Below are positions 22,249 to 33,180 of a stretch of DNA of 64,000 nt, one piece after another. The position numbers and the translations under genes were made by a program. Below the pieces are notes generated by a model. The model did no database searches. It saw only the letters and a program-made list of their open reading frames with translations, and was not told where the DNA came from. Position 1 is the first letter of the stretch, and every line of letters starts with the position of its first letter. Source of the stretch: an uncultured Gemmatimonadales bacterium (GTDB taxonomy: Bacteria > Gemmatimonadota > Gemmatimonadetes > Longimicrobiales > Gaopeijiaceae); contig CAWGKG010000022.1 in NCBI GenBank assembly GCA_963823035.1, positions 32,001 through 96,000 on the forward strand. Direction: 5' to 3'.

Positions 22249-22983
22249 CTACCCCGATGGACTCCACGGTTCCGCGATCGCCTCCGATTCCAGCACCTGT
22301 GGACGGTACGTGCCGATCATGCGCCTCGCGTCCTCCCACCAGCTCCGCCGCCGCACCAGGACCAGCTCGAGCGTGTCCTCGCCCGACTCCACCCCGTCCA
22401 CCCACACGTAGTGCACGTCGCCCAACGTGGCGGGCCTCGGGATGCGGTAGCTCGCGCCACGCCAGGAGAAGGTCACGAAGTCGGCGCGCTCGAAGTCCTC
22501 CGAGCGCCACGGCTGCTCCAGGTACCAGCTCCGCTCGACGCGGAACACGCCGCCCTTCAGGTCGTCCCCGCGCTGGTAGTACCACGGATCGAAGTCCAGC
22601 CCCTCGTTGCGGTTGAAGAGCTGGTCCATGGCGTAGTCCACGTCCTCGAGGTCGTCCGCGCCCGCCAGCGACTCCAGGTGGTGGCGGAGCTCGTGGGTGA
22701 GCGTCTCCCACAGCTCTCCTTCCCAGTCGAACTCCGGGTCCTTGGCCGCCAGACTGCGGAAGGACCCCCAGTAGAGCACCACGACGGAGCGCGTGGTATC
22801 CGGGCCGGCATAGTCCGACGCGTAGTCCTCGGTGACGCACTCGCCGAGCGTGTAGATGTCGGGGAGCGTGGGGTGCGCGACGGACTCGCGGCTCACGACG
22901 AGGCCTTCCACCCCCTCGGTGTACTCCTCGGGGATCGAATCGAACGCCTCGCGGGCGGCCCGCTCGAAGGCCTTGTACTTCAT
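22249..22983 (-). CDS. Minimal zincin-like metallopeptidase family protein
   Basis: VVLYWGSF...WETLTHELRHHLE (HExxH). Start may be 23016. Confidence 0.75.
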   Translation of the reverse strand: MKYKAFERAAREAFDSIPEEYTEGVEGLVVSRESVAHPTLPDIYTLGECVTEDYASDYAGPDTTRSVVVLYWGSFRSLAAKDPEFDWEGELWETLTHELRHHLESLAGADDLEDVDYAMDQLFNRNEGLDFDPWYYQRGDDLKGGVFRVERSWYLEQPWRSEDFERADFVTFSWRGASYRIPRPATLGDVHYVWVDGVESGEDTLELVLVRRRSWWEDARRMIGTYRPQVLESEAIAEPWSPSG

Positions 22984-23023
22984 GGGCGCCGAAGGAAGCC
23001 TGTCGCCCGCGGTCATGTCGCGC

Positions 23024-24485
23024 CTACGTGGGCTCTCCGGCGTCGTCGGAACGGGTCTCCGACCCCGCCAGCCACCGGTTGGCCAGCACGAGCACGACGA
23101 GCACCACCGCCCACTGGATGAGCACCGTGCCGATGTTGTAGGGGCTGAAGAGCGTCCAGGTCGCGCTGCCGCCCTCGCCCCGCGCGTCCCACAGCCACCA
23201 CCCGAGCACGACCACGGCCTCCACGACCACGAGCCGCATCGCCCAGTCCCACCAGGCGCCGATGTGCACGTCCGAGTGGTCGTGGTTGATGTAGCGCTCC
23301 CGCCAGCGCGTCACGCCGTAGCGCAGGATGGCGATGGCGAAGAAGAGCCCGGAAACGGCGAGCCCGGCCCCCCACACCCAGTCCTGGTTCTGGAAGAAGC
23401 CGATCTTCAGCGCGGAGGGGATGCCGAACAGCACGCCCGCCGTGCCGACGATGGCGATCGCCTTGCCGCGCGCCACGCCGCGGTCCATCAGGACCCGCGC
23501 CGCAAGCTCGATCATCGCCACGAGGCTCGTCCACGCCGCGAAGACGAGCGCGAGGAAGAAGAGGGCCATGAAGAAGCGCCCGCCCGGAATGAGCGCGAAG
23601 AGCTGCGGGATCCAGATGAAGGTCAGCCCCTCGTTGCCGGCGCCCACGATCTGGGAGGCGGCGTCGGGCATCACGGAGAAGACGGTGCACAGCACCATGA
23701 TCCCGGCCAGCAGCGACATCGAGTTGTTGCCGAAGCCGATGACGAAGGCGTTGAGGGCCGTGTCCTCCTCCTTGCGCATGTACACCGCGTACGTGGTGAT
23801 CAGCCCCCACCCCGCGCCCGTGTCCCACGCGTTCTGCGTCAGCGCCTGCAGCCAGATGTTGTAGTCCTTCAGCTCGGACAGGTGGGGCGTGAAGAGGAAC
23901 GCCAGCCCACGCGACGCCCCCGGGAGCATCAGGGCGCGCACGGCCAACACCACCACGAGGAGGACCAGGCTCGGGATGAGGATCTTGGCCGCCGCGCTCG
24001 ATCCCCTTCACGCCCTTCGACACCACGAAGAGGCCGAGGGCCATCGCGACCAGGTGGGTCACCACCGCCTGCGGCGTCGAGTTGAAGCCGTTCCAGAAGG
24101 CGTCGGGGACGGCGGTCGGGATCGCGCCGGTGAGGGTGGCGACGAAGAAGCGGATCGTCCACCCCATCACCACCGAGTAGTAGAACATGATCGCGGTGGC
24201 CACGAACGCGACCCACGCCCCCATCCACGCGAAGCCCGGCCCCATCGTGCGCGCGAAGGCCCCCACCGGACCTCGCCGCGTGCCCTTGCCGATCGCGAAC
24301 TCGGCGATGATGAGCGGCACGGACCAGGCCAGGAGGAAGACGGCCCAGGCCACGAGGAACGAGCCTCCCCCGTTGGACGCCGCGATGCGGGGAAAGCGCC
24401 AGATGTTGCCGGTGCCCACCGCCATGCCCAGCATGGCGAGGAGCATTCCCCACCGCGAGCTGAAGACCTCGGACTTCGACGCCAC
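23024..24485 (-). CDS. Sodium-dependent NSS/SNF family transporter (frameshift near 23990)
   Basis: FSSRWG...AVGTGNIWRFP...NGGGSF, MFYYSVV.GW, GLTFIWIP, many TM helices. Confidence 0.92.
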
Positions 24486-24672
24486 GGGCTCACTCCGTCG
24501 AACGGGCAGAGTCGGACACGGCCGCTCCCCCCTCGGGAGTCGGCCGCCGCCCAGTATACGGGTGCCCGCGGGAGGGGGCTACCGCGCGGGCCGCTCCGGC
24601 GCCGCACGGGGGATGGCGGGCGCGCACCTCGCCGCGCACCTTTGCCGGCGAACCCCACCACCCGCGAACAGG

Positions 24673-26397
24673 ATGCCGAGCATGACCCATCGCACCCGCG
24701 CCTCCGCCCTCCTTCTCGCGCTCCTCGCCGCCGCGAGCGCGTCCGCCTGCGCGCGCTCCGAGGCGTACGACGTCATCGTGGAGCACGGCACGCTCATCGA
24801 CGGCATGGGCACCGATGGGCGTCGGGCCGACGTGGCGATCCAGGACGGCCGCATCGTCGCGGTCGGGGACCTGGCGGGGGAGGCGGCCCGGCAGCGCGTG
24901 GACGCGACCGGCAAGGTGGTGGCACCCGGCTTCATCGACATGCTCGGCCAGTCCGAGCTGACGATCCTCGTGAACCCCCACCTCCCCTCGAAGATCTTCC
25001 AGGGGATCACCACCGAGATCACCGGTGAGGGCGGCTCGATCGCGCCGCTCGACGACCGCATCGTGGCGGCCGACCGCGTCGGCTTCGAGCACCTGGGCAT
25101 CACGCCGGACTGGCGCACGCTCGGAGAGTACTTCGCCCGGCTCGAGCGGCAGGGCATCGGCATCAACCTGGCCACGTACGTGGGGGCGACGCAGGTCCGC
25201 CGCATGGTGCTCGGCGACGACGACGTGCAACCCACGCCGGCGCAGCTCGACAGCATGAAGGCGCTGGTGGCACGGGCGATGGAGGAGGGCGCCGTCGGCG
25301 TCTCGACCTCGCTCCAGTACGCCCCCGCCCCGTACGCCACCACCGAGGAGCTGATCGCGCTGGCCTCCGAGGCGTCGCGCTACCACGGCGTGTACGCGAC
25401 GCACATGCGCTCCGAGGGCGACGCCGTGCTCCAGGCCCTGGACGAAGCGATCCGCATCGGCAGCGAAGCGGACATCCCGGTGGAGGTGTGGCACATCAAG
25501 GCCGCCGGCACGCACAACTGGGGCCGCATGGAGGAGATCGTCGCGAAGGTCGACTCGGCACGCGCGGCCGGCGTGCGCATCAGCGCGGACACCTACGCGT
25601 ACACGGCGTGGTTCAACTCCCTCTCGGCGTTCGTGCCGCCCTGGGCGCACGACGGTGGCGACGCGAAGCTCATCGAGCGGCTCCAGGACCCGTCCACGCG
25701 GGCGCGCATCCGCAGCGACATGCTCACCCCCTCCTCGGAGTGGGACAACGAGTGGCAGGAGATCCCCGGGCCCGAGGCCGTTCTCGTCTCCGTGGTGCAG
25801 AACCCCGAGCTGCGGAGCCTGCAGGGGAAGAACCTCGCCCAGATCGCGGAGATGCAGGGGAAGGACCCGATCGACGCGCTCCTGGACCTCCTGGTCGCCG
25901 ACCACGCGTACAGCTTCGGCGCCGTGTTCGGGATGTCCCAGGAGGACGTGTCCCTCGCCCTCCGTCAGCCCTGGGTGAGCATCGACAACGACTCGCAGGG
26001 CACCGCGCCCGACGGGATGCTGGGGGAGGAGCACCCCCATCCCCGCGCCTACGGCACCTTCCCGCGCATCCTGCGGAAGTACGTCCGCGAGGACAGCCTG
26101 ATCACGCTGCCCGAGGCGATCCGGAAGTTCACGTCGCTCGCGGCGAACAAGATGCACCTCGTCGACCGGGGCACCGTCACGGAGGGGAACTGGGCGGACC
26201 TGGTGGTCTTCGACCCCGACAGCGTGCGCGACCTGGCCACCTTCGAGGAGCCCAACCAGCTCAGCGTCGGGATGGACTGGGTGTTCGTGAACGGGGTGGC
26301 GGTCATCGCCGACGGGAAGGCCACGGACGCGCTGCCCGGACAGGTGCTGCGCGGGCCGGGATACCACGGCTCGCAGGTGCCCGGAGGGGACCGGTAG
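24673..26397 (+). CDS. N-acyl-D-amino-acid deacylase (D-aminoacylase family), probably exported
   Basis: VAPGFIDM, GITTEITGEG, YATHMRSE, HPHPRAYGTFPR, ADLVVFD. N-terminal signal/lipobox-like ASAC. Confidence 0.9.
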   Translation: MPSMTHRTRASALLLALLAAASASACARSEAYDVIVEHGTLIDGMGTDGRRADVAIQDGRIVAVGDLAGEAARQRVDATGKVVAPGFIDMLGQSELTILVNPHLPSKIFQGITTEITGEGGSIAPLDDRIVAADRVGFEHLGITPDWRTLGEYFARLERQGIGINLATYVGATQVRRMVLGDDDVQPTPAQLDSMKALVARAMEEGAVGVSTSLQYAPAPYATTEELIALASEASRYHGVYATHMRSEGDAVLQALDEAIRIGSEADIPVEVWHIKAAGTHNWGRMEEIVAKVDSARAAGVRISADTYAYTAWFNSLSAFVPPWAHDGGDAKLIERLQDPSTRARIRSDMLTPSSEWDNEWQEIPGPEAVLVSVVQNPELRSLQGKNLAQIAEMQGKDPIDALLDLLVADHAYSFGAVFGMSQEDVSLALRQPWVSIDNDSQGTAPDGMLGEEHPHPRAYGTFPRILRKYVREDSLITLPEAIRKFTSLAANKMHLVDRGTVTEGNWADLVVFDPDSVRDLATFEEPNQLSVGMDWVFVNGVAVIADGKATDALPGQVLRGPGYHGSQVPGGDR

Positions 26398-26406
26398 GGG
26401 CGGGCC

Positions 26407-26433
26407 CGTCACGTTCGGGCGGCGCTCGTCGTT
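26407..26433 (+). promoter_or_regulatory. ECF promoter motif copy CGTCAC-N16-TCGTT
   Basis: Same motif as at 48075 and 51685. Lies 8 nt before the ATG at 26442. Confidence 0.6.
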
Positions 26434-26441
26434 CCTCCCGC

Positions 26442-27257
26442 ATGAAGAAGATCCTCCTCCTGGCGGCGCTTCTCGGCGTCGCCGCGTGTGACGACGGCGC
26501 CACGGGCGTCGTCATCGAGTACCTCCCCGCCACCGTCCTGGTGGAGGTGAGCGGCGGGATCGCCGGGGCGGACTACGCCTTCCTGCGCACGGCCGACGAC
26601 GTCCTCGTCGGCGTGCGCTGCAACGTGCTCTGCGACTTCCAGGCGGGGGACACCCTTCACGTCCTCTCCGAGGTCCAGGCGGGACTCCTCGCCCTGAGGC
26701 TCGGCGACGCGGCGGCGACGACCGGCGACCACGACTACGGCGTGCCCTGCTGCGACCAGTTCGCGTACCGGCTCACCTTCACGGACGGGCCGAACCGGAC
26801 GACGGTGCGGGGCGCGACGTCGACGCTTCCGGAGGCCTATCGACGGCTGGTCGCGCTCCTCGATCAGCTCCGCAGGGGCATCGCGCCCGTGATCGTCGCG
26901 GAGGGACACCCGATCGAGGGTGGGCCGGACGATGCGGTCGAGATCCTCGACGCGAAGCTCGACGCGCCCCTCCTGGAGCTCACCGTGCGCTACGGCGGCG
27001 GGTGCGCCCGGCACGACTTCGACTTGATCGTCGCGTCGGGGTGGCGGGAGTCCTTCCCGGTGCAGGTGGACGTCGACCTGGCCCACGACGGCCACGACGA
27101 CCCCTGCGACGCCCTTCCCACGGAGACGGTCCGCTTCGACCTGACGCCGCTGCGCGAGGCCTACGAGGAGAGCTACGGCTCCGGGCCCGGAGCCATGGCG
27201 ATCCAGCTCGGGGCCGCCTCGGGAGGGTCGCGCACGACCGTGACCTGGAGCTTCTAG
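26442..27257 (+). CDS. Two-domain lipoprotein (emfourin-like N-domain, NigD-C-like C-domain)
   Basis: Lipobox VAAC, EVSGGIAG...CCDQFAYRL, YGGGCARHDFDL...ESFPVQV...HD..DDPCDA...FDLTPL. Confidence 0.7.
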   Translation: MKKILLLAALLGVAACDDGATGVVIEYLPATVLVEVSGGIAGADYAFLRTADDVLVGVRCNVLCDFQAGDTLHVLSEVQAGLLALRLGDAAATTGDHDYGVPCCDQFAYRLTFTDGPNRTTVRGATSTLPEAYRRLVALLDQLRRGIAPVIVAEGHPIEGGPDDAVEILDAKLDAPLLELTVRYGGGCARHDFDLIVASGWRESFPVQVDVDLAHDGHDDPCDALPTETVRFDLTPLREAYEESYGSGPGAMAIQLGAASGGSRTTVTWSF

Positions 27258-27267
27258 CGCCTAGGGG

Positions 27268-27729
27268 TCAGGCGGTCGTCAGCTCGGAGGTGCAGAACGG
27301 GCAACGCTTCGCGTTGATGGGGATCGAGGACGTGCAGAACGGGCAGTCCTTCGTGGTCGGCGCCGGGGCAGCGACCTCTTCCTTACGCTTCAGACGGTTG
27401 ATCGCGCGGATCACCAGGAACACCGCGAACGCCACGATCAGGAAGCTCACGATGGCATTCAGGAAGAGCCCGAAGTTGAGCGTGACCGCGCCCGCCTCCT
27501 TCGCCGCCGCGAGCGACGCGTAGGGCCCGGGCGTGGCGCCCTGCTGCAGCACGATCATCATCTGGCTGAAGTCGATGTTGCCGACCAGCATGCCGATCGG
27601 GGGCATCATGACGTCGTCGACGAAGCTCTTCACCACGGTGCCGAACGCGCCTCCGATGATGATGCCGACCGCCATGTCGACGACGTTGCCTTTGACCGCG
27701 AACTCCTTGAACTCCTTGACCATGCCCAT
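27268..27729 (-). CDS. mscL: Large-conductance mechanosensitive channel with C-terminal zinc-ribbon-like tail
   Basis: [25 protein letters not shown] and CPFC...CPFCTS. Confidence 0.95.
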   Translation of the reverse strand: MGMVKEFKEFAVKGNVVDMAVGIIIGGAFGTVVKSFVDDVMMPPIGMLVGNIDFSQMMIVLQQGATPGPYASLAAAKEAGAVTLNFGLFLNAIVSFLIVAFAVFLVIRAINRLKRKEEVAAPAPTTKDCPFCTSSIPINAKRCPFCTSELTTA

Positions 27730-27763
27730 GCGCACCTCGGGTGTCGGGTGTTGAAGGGGCCTG

Positions 27764-29081
27764 CTACCTGGAGCCGATCCCGCACCCACGCCACCACCCG
27801 ATCCGTCCCCACCCGCACCTGCTCCAGCGTATCACGGTCCCGCAGGGTGACCGTGTCGTCCTCGTTGGTCTGCCCGTCCACGGTGAGGCACCACGGGGTG
27901 CCCGCCTCGTCCTGCCGCCGGTAGCGCCGGCCGATCGAGCCGGCCTCGTCGTAGAAGGACGGGATGGACGCCCTGCGCAGCTCCTGGTGGATGCGCGTCG
28001 CGATCTCCGGGAGGCCGTCCTTCTTCATCAGGGGGAAGACCGCCACCTTCAGCGGCGCGAGACGCGGGTGCAGCGCCAGCACCACGCGCAGCTCACCCTC
28101 CACCTCCTCCTCGCGGTACGCGTCCGCGAGCGCCACCAGCATCGTCCGGTCGACCCCGACCGCCGTCTCGATGACGTAGGGGAGGAAGCGCTTGTTGGAC
28201 TGCGGCTCGATGTACTCCAGCCGCTTCCCCGAGTACTCCTGGTGGCGTCCGAGGTCGAAGTCCGTGCGGTTGTGGATCCCCTCGAACTCCTTCCATCCGA
28301 AGGGATACTCGTACTCGATGTCGAACGCCTTCTTGGCGTAGTGCGCCAGCTCGTCGGGCCCGTGCTCGTGGAAGCGGAGCTTCTCCGGCCGGATGCCGAG
28401 GGAGAGGTGCCACGCCATGCGCGCCTCCTTCCAGTGCTCGAACCACTCGTCGTCCGTGCCGGGCTCGACGAAGAACTGCATCTCCATCTGCTCGAACTCA
28501 CGCGTGCGGAAGATGAAGTTCCCGGGCGTGATCTCGTTCCTGAACGCCTTGCCGATCTGCGCGATCCCGAAGGGGATCTTCTGGCGCGCGGAGCCCTGGA
28601 CGTTCAGGAAGTTGACGTAGGAGCCCTGCGCGGTCTCGGGGCGGAGGTAGACGGTGGCCGCGGCGTCCTCCACCGGCCCCATGAACGTCTTGAACATGAG
28701 GTTGAAGGACCGCGCCTGGCCGAACGCGCCCTTGGTGCCGCACACGGGGCACTGCCCGTCGGCGACCTCCGGGAGGTCTGCCCGGAAGCGCCGGTTGCAG
28801 TTCGAGCACTCCACGAGCGGGTCGGTGAAGCCCTCCACGTGGCCGGAGGCCTCCCACACGCGCGGGTGCATCAGGATGGCGGCGTCGAGCCCTTCGATGT
28901 CGTCGCGCTGGTGGACCATCGCGCTCCACCAGAGGTCCTTCACGTTGCGCTTGAGCTCCACCCCGAGGGGGCCGTAGTCCCACACGGACCCCGTTCCTCC
29001 GTAGATTTCGGAGGATTGGAAGATGTATCCGCGCCGCTTCGTGAGCGACACGAGCTTGTCCATGAGGTCGGTGCTGGCCAT
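27764..29081 (-). CDS. glyQS: Glycine--tRNA ligase, alpha2 (GlyQS) type
   Basis: [54 protein letters not shown]. The true stop is probably TAG at 27764, masked by an indel. Confidence 0.95.
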
Positions 29082-29266
29082 CGAAATATCCGTGATTCCC
29101 TTTGTCGTGCGGGGATTCGTCGCGTGGTGATTCGGGGGCGTAAGGTATCCGCCGCCCCCGGGGCGATCAACGGTGCGGGGGCACAGAACCCTCGCGACCC
29201 CCGAAGTGTAGGAGGCACGACCCCGGAGCCGTGCCCGAGACGGAACACTCGACCCACGAGCAACGC

Positions 29267-29866
29267 ATGCTGACGTTCACAGACAAGGCCCGAGACGTCG
29301 TCCGCTCCTTCCTCGACCAGAGCGGGGGGGATCTCGCGGCGCTGCGCATCTCGGCGGACGGGGGCAGCCCCGTCGCACCCCGCTTCGAGCTGACCCTGGT
29401 GAGCCTGGAGGAGCAGCTCGCCGACGAGCGTGAGGTCGAGGGCCCCGGCTTCCCCGTCCTGATACGGGAGTCCGAGGCGTCGCGGCTGGAGGGCGCCACG
29501 GTCGACTTCGTGGAGCGCGTCAACGAGAGCGGGTTCGAGGTGCGCCCGGCCGCAGACGCCGGCCAAGGCGCCCGACCCTCGGCACCCGACGCGCCGAAGG
29601 GTGAGATCGCGGACCGCGTGCGCCAGGTGCTGGACACCCAGGTGAACCCGGCGATCGCGTCCCACGGAGGGATGATCTCGCTGGTCGGAATCGAAGACAC
29701 GGAGATCTACGTAGAGATGAGCGGAGGGTGCCAGGGATGCGCCCTCTCACGGATGACGCTGCGCCAGGGCGTGGAGAAGATGTTGCGGCAGGCGATCCCC
29801 GAGTTGACCGCCGTCCACGACATCACCGACCACGCCTCGGGGGAGAATCCCTTCTTCCAGCACTGA
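29267..29866 (+). CDS. nfuA: NfuA-type Fe-S carrier (degenerate A-type domain plus NifU-C domain)
   Basis: VNPAIASHGG and MSGGCQGC. The N-domain contains LEGATVDFV. Confidence 0.88.
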   Translation: MLTFTDKARDVVRSFLDQSGGDLAALRISADGGSPVAPRFELTLVSLEEQLADEREVEGPGFPVLIRESEASRLEGATVDFVERVNESGFEVRPAADAGQGARPSAPDAPKGEIADRVRQVLDTQVNPAIASHGGMISLVGIEDTEIYVEMSGGCQGCALSRMTLRQGVEKMLRQAIPELTAVHDITDHASGENPFFQH

Positions 29867-29882
29867 GGAGCCCGCCAGACCG

Positions 29883-30784
29883 ATGCGCCGGGCCTTGGGG
29901 ACGGATCGTGAGCGCGCCCTCCTGTCGAGGGCTCTGACGGCCGTCGTCACCGGGACCGTGCTGGCCACCTGCGCCTCCTCCGCGTCGGCCCAGGCGTGCA
30001 GCCGTCCGTGCGTGGGCCCACGCCGCGGTGCCGTGCTCGCGGCGGGCGGGGGTGAGCTCGGATCGGAGATCTACGCGCGCTTCCTCGCCCTCGCGGGCGG
30101 CGCCGGCGCGCACGTCGTGCTCATCCCCACCGCCGGTGCCGAAGAGGGATCGCACGATGCCTGGACCGCGCTGGAGGCGCTCCAGAGGGCCGGCGCCCAA
30201 CACATCGAGGTTCTGCACACCCGCAACCGGTCCGTGGCCGACCTCGAGGCGTTCGCCTCGCCCCTGCGCGACGCGACCGGCGTGTGGATCTCGGGTGGAC
30301 GCCAGTTCCGCCTGGTGGATGTGTACCTGGGCACCCGAACGCAGCGCGAGATGGAGGGAGTGCTCGAGCGCGGCGGCGTGATCGGCGGCAACTCGGCCGG
30401 AGCCTCCGTGCTGGCGTCCACGCTGATCCGCGGGGGCTCCTCCGACAACGACGCCGTTCTCGACCGCGACCGGGAGCAGGGGTTCGGCTTCCTGCGGGGC
30501 GTCGCCATCGACCAGCATCTCCTGGCCCGCGGTCGGGAGAACGACCTGATCGCCGTGCTGCGCGACCACCCGGAGCTGCTCGGCATCGGCGTGGACGAGG
30601 CCACCGCCCTGGTCGTCACCGGCGACATGGGCTCGGTCATCGGCAAGGGACGCGTCGCGATCTACGACTTCACGGACCCGCTCGCCCTGATCCCCCTCCG
30701 TTACCTGGTGCGGGGGGACGTCTACGACCTCGGCGCCCGCCAGGTCGTGCTCACCGCCGACGTCGCGGGCCCGGAGCACGCTGA
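29883..30784 (+). CDS. Cyanophycinase (peptidase S51), probably exported
   Basis: LIPTA, SGGRQFRL, GGNSAGA, IDQHLLARGR, GIGVDEAT. The stop at 30784 is out of frame, probably from an indel. Confidence 0.85.
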
Positions 30785-30815
30785 GGCACGCGTCCCGGCA
30801 GGCCGAGGTGGCCCG

Positions 30816-32542
30816 TCAGCGGAAGCCCGCCGCGCGCACCCGATCCACGAGCACGCCGACCAGACGATCGGTCGTCACCTTGTCGAGCGACCCGAGGGCG
30901 TCCAGCGCCTCGGTGATCCGATCCACCATCCCCCACATCTCGTCGCCGAGCGCCTTGGTGGCAGGCACGGCCTCCAGCACCGGATCGCGCGAGTAGCCAC
31001 CGGCGGCCGGCGCGTATTCGATGTCCGCCTCGTTGCGCAGCAGGAACTGGTGCAGGTCGAGCGCGGCGTTGACCAGGTCGTCCATCTCGGCGTACGCCTC
31101 GAACCGGTCGGCGCGCGTCGCCAGGAAGCCCGAGTCCGCCCTGGCGAGGAGGAGGGCGGCGGTGTCGCCCTCGATGCCCGCTTGCTCGAGGCGGGTCACG
31201 TACTGGTCGTGGAAGACGCGCGTGTCGGTGTCCCGGACCCGGTCGACCAACGACTCGATCCCCGTCCAATAGGCCTCGATGTCCGGGTACTGGCTGGCGT
31301 TGGCCAGATAGGCGCCGGAAAGCCAGTCGTTGCGGGGCTCGTTCTGGAGCTTCATCTCGCCGGGAAGGGCGCGCAGCGCCGCCGCCATCCCTTCGAGCGC
31401 CTCGTCGCCGAGCTGGCGCATCCTCGGCTCGAGCTCCTGCGGGATGTCCGGGATCGTCACGGGAGGAAGCTCCGGCGTCGTCGCCTCGTCGCCCAAGCGC
31501 CCGATTCGGCTGCCGAAGGCCTTCCAGCCGAGATAGCCGCCGCCGCCGACGGCCGCCAGCACGAGGATCCACCCGATGAAAGGGGCGAGCGAGCGCCGCT
31601 GCACACGCTTCGGTGGGGAGGGACGGGAGCGGGGCTCCGGTCGATCCGGACGTGGGACGGGACGGGGTGTCGGCGTGGGCGACGGAGGCTCGAGGAACGC
31701 GTCGACGTCGGCTTCGAGGTCGGCGCCGCCCGGCCCGAAGCGCATCGTTCCGACCTCCTCCTCCCCGCCCCAGTCGGGCCCGTTCTGCTCGATCCAGGCT
31801 GGAGGCGCATCGCCTCCCTGCCCCCCCATCGACGGGTCGAAATCCCCACTCTGGTCGAGCGCCCCGGCCGAGAAGTCCACGAGCCCCTCGTCGGGGCCGG
31901 CGTTGCCACCCGGCGACTCCGCTCGCGCGTCGGAGGGATCCAACGGCGGCGAGGCACCAGGATCGAACTCCGGAAGGTCCGCGACCTGATCCAGATCGAG
32001 CGGCGTCAGCGTCCCGAACTCCAGGTCGTGGACCCCCTCCTCGCCGTCCTTGCCTTCGCCTGCGGCCTCGGCCGGAGGCCCGGAGGAGGCATCCGCGTCC
32101 TTCGGAGGCGCGCCGTACGGCCTGGCTGGCGGCAGCTCCGCGGCCGTGAACGTCAGGTCGAAATCCAGGTCCTCTCCGAAGTCCGGCGAGGACGCCGGCT
32201 CCGTGCGGGCTTCGCGGGCTCCTCGGGGAGGAGGCCGAGCTCCTCCGCGAGCTGCGACAGGTCGTCGTCGCGCCCGCCCTGGGGCGTCGGCTCGTCGAGG
32301 TCGTCGGGCGGCGGGGGCGGGGCCACGGGCGGAGGCGGGGCGACGAAGCCCCCCTCGTCCGAGCTGTCACGCGACAGGGTGTTGAAGATCTCGTGGGTGT
32401 GCGCCGGCCCCCAGCGATCGGATTGGGCGTCGTAGAGCTCGGTGTCGGCACCGATCGCGCCCAACTCGATACGCAGGCCGAGCGCCTCGACGCTCGGAAT
32501 GGGAACCTCGTTTCCCTGGGAGTCGATGTATGCGAAACGCAT
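30816..32542 (-). CDS. Bitopic membrane protein: small N-terminal (GYF_2-like) domain, acidic/Pro linker, TM helix, helical C-domain (frameshift near 32210)
   Basis: MRFAYIDSQGNEV...GAIGADTELYD..W and TM helix WILVLAAVGGGGYLGW. Confidence 0.6.
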
Positions 32543-32644
32543 CGGCGATCACGGTGCGGAGACGGGCACGGAGCGTGGAACGGTCAAGTCTACAGGGATG
32601 GCCTCGGGACGGCCACACCGGGAGGTGCCCGCGGGGGCGCCCGC

Positions 32645-33112
32645 TCAGGCCCGGATGCGGCCTCGGACGCGAAGGAGCCAGCCCATGCATCGGTGGAAGG
32701 GATCCACCTTGCCGCAGTACATCATCGGGCACCCGCCGACGATCACCGAGATACCCTTCTCCCTGCAGAGCGCCACCGCTTCGTCGGACACGCTCCCGTC
32801 ACCGAACGACCGGTGCATCCACACCCGGTCGATCCCGAGCTCGGCGCACTCGCGCACCACGGTCGCGGCCGCGGCCGGCGGCGTGGCGATGACCACCCCG
32901 TCGACCCGGACGGGGAGCGCGCCGAGCGTGGGGTAGCAGGGATCGCCCTCCACCGCGTCCGCCTCGGGATTGGTCGCGTAGACCTCGTGCCCGGTGTCGC
33001 GAAGACGCCGATAGATGGCGTTGGCGGGCTGCTGCGGAGTTCGGGACACACCGGCCACCGCCAGCCTCTTCTGCGCCAGGAATTCCGCGACTGCGTCGGG
33101 GATCGACGGCAC
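32645..33112 (-). CDS. CoA-binding (YccU-like) protein
   Basis: LAVAGVSR, YATNP, GIDRVWMH, GGCPMMY. GGAGG RBS. Confidence 0.88.
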   Translation of the reverse strand: MPSIPDAVAEFLAQKRLAVAGVSRTPQQPANAIYRRLRDTGHEVYATNPEADAVEGDPCYPTLGALPVRVDGVVIATPPAAAATVVRECAELGIDRVWMHRSFGDGSVSDEAVALCREKGISVIVGGCPMMYCGKVDPFHRCMGWLLRVRGRIRA

Positions 33113-33180
33113 GGCACGCCTCCTCTCGTTCCCCCCTACCCGCGTCCCAATCTAGCGTATGCGCGCGGGGACGAAGGAGG

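Noticed and set aside
27630..27789. Long glyQS/mscL overlap
   Set aside because: The GlyQS anticodon domain ends near 27770 and an off-frame TAG lies at 27764, so an indel is the likely cause.
29883..32435. 850-aa multidomain cyanophycinase
   Set aside because: The sequence beyond about 30784 is antisense to the 30816-32542 gene, i.e. read-through caused by an indel.
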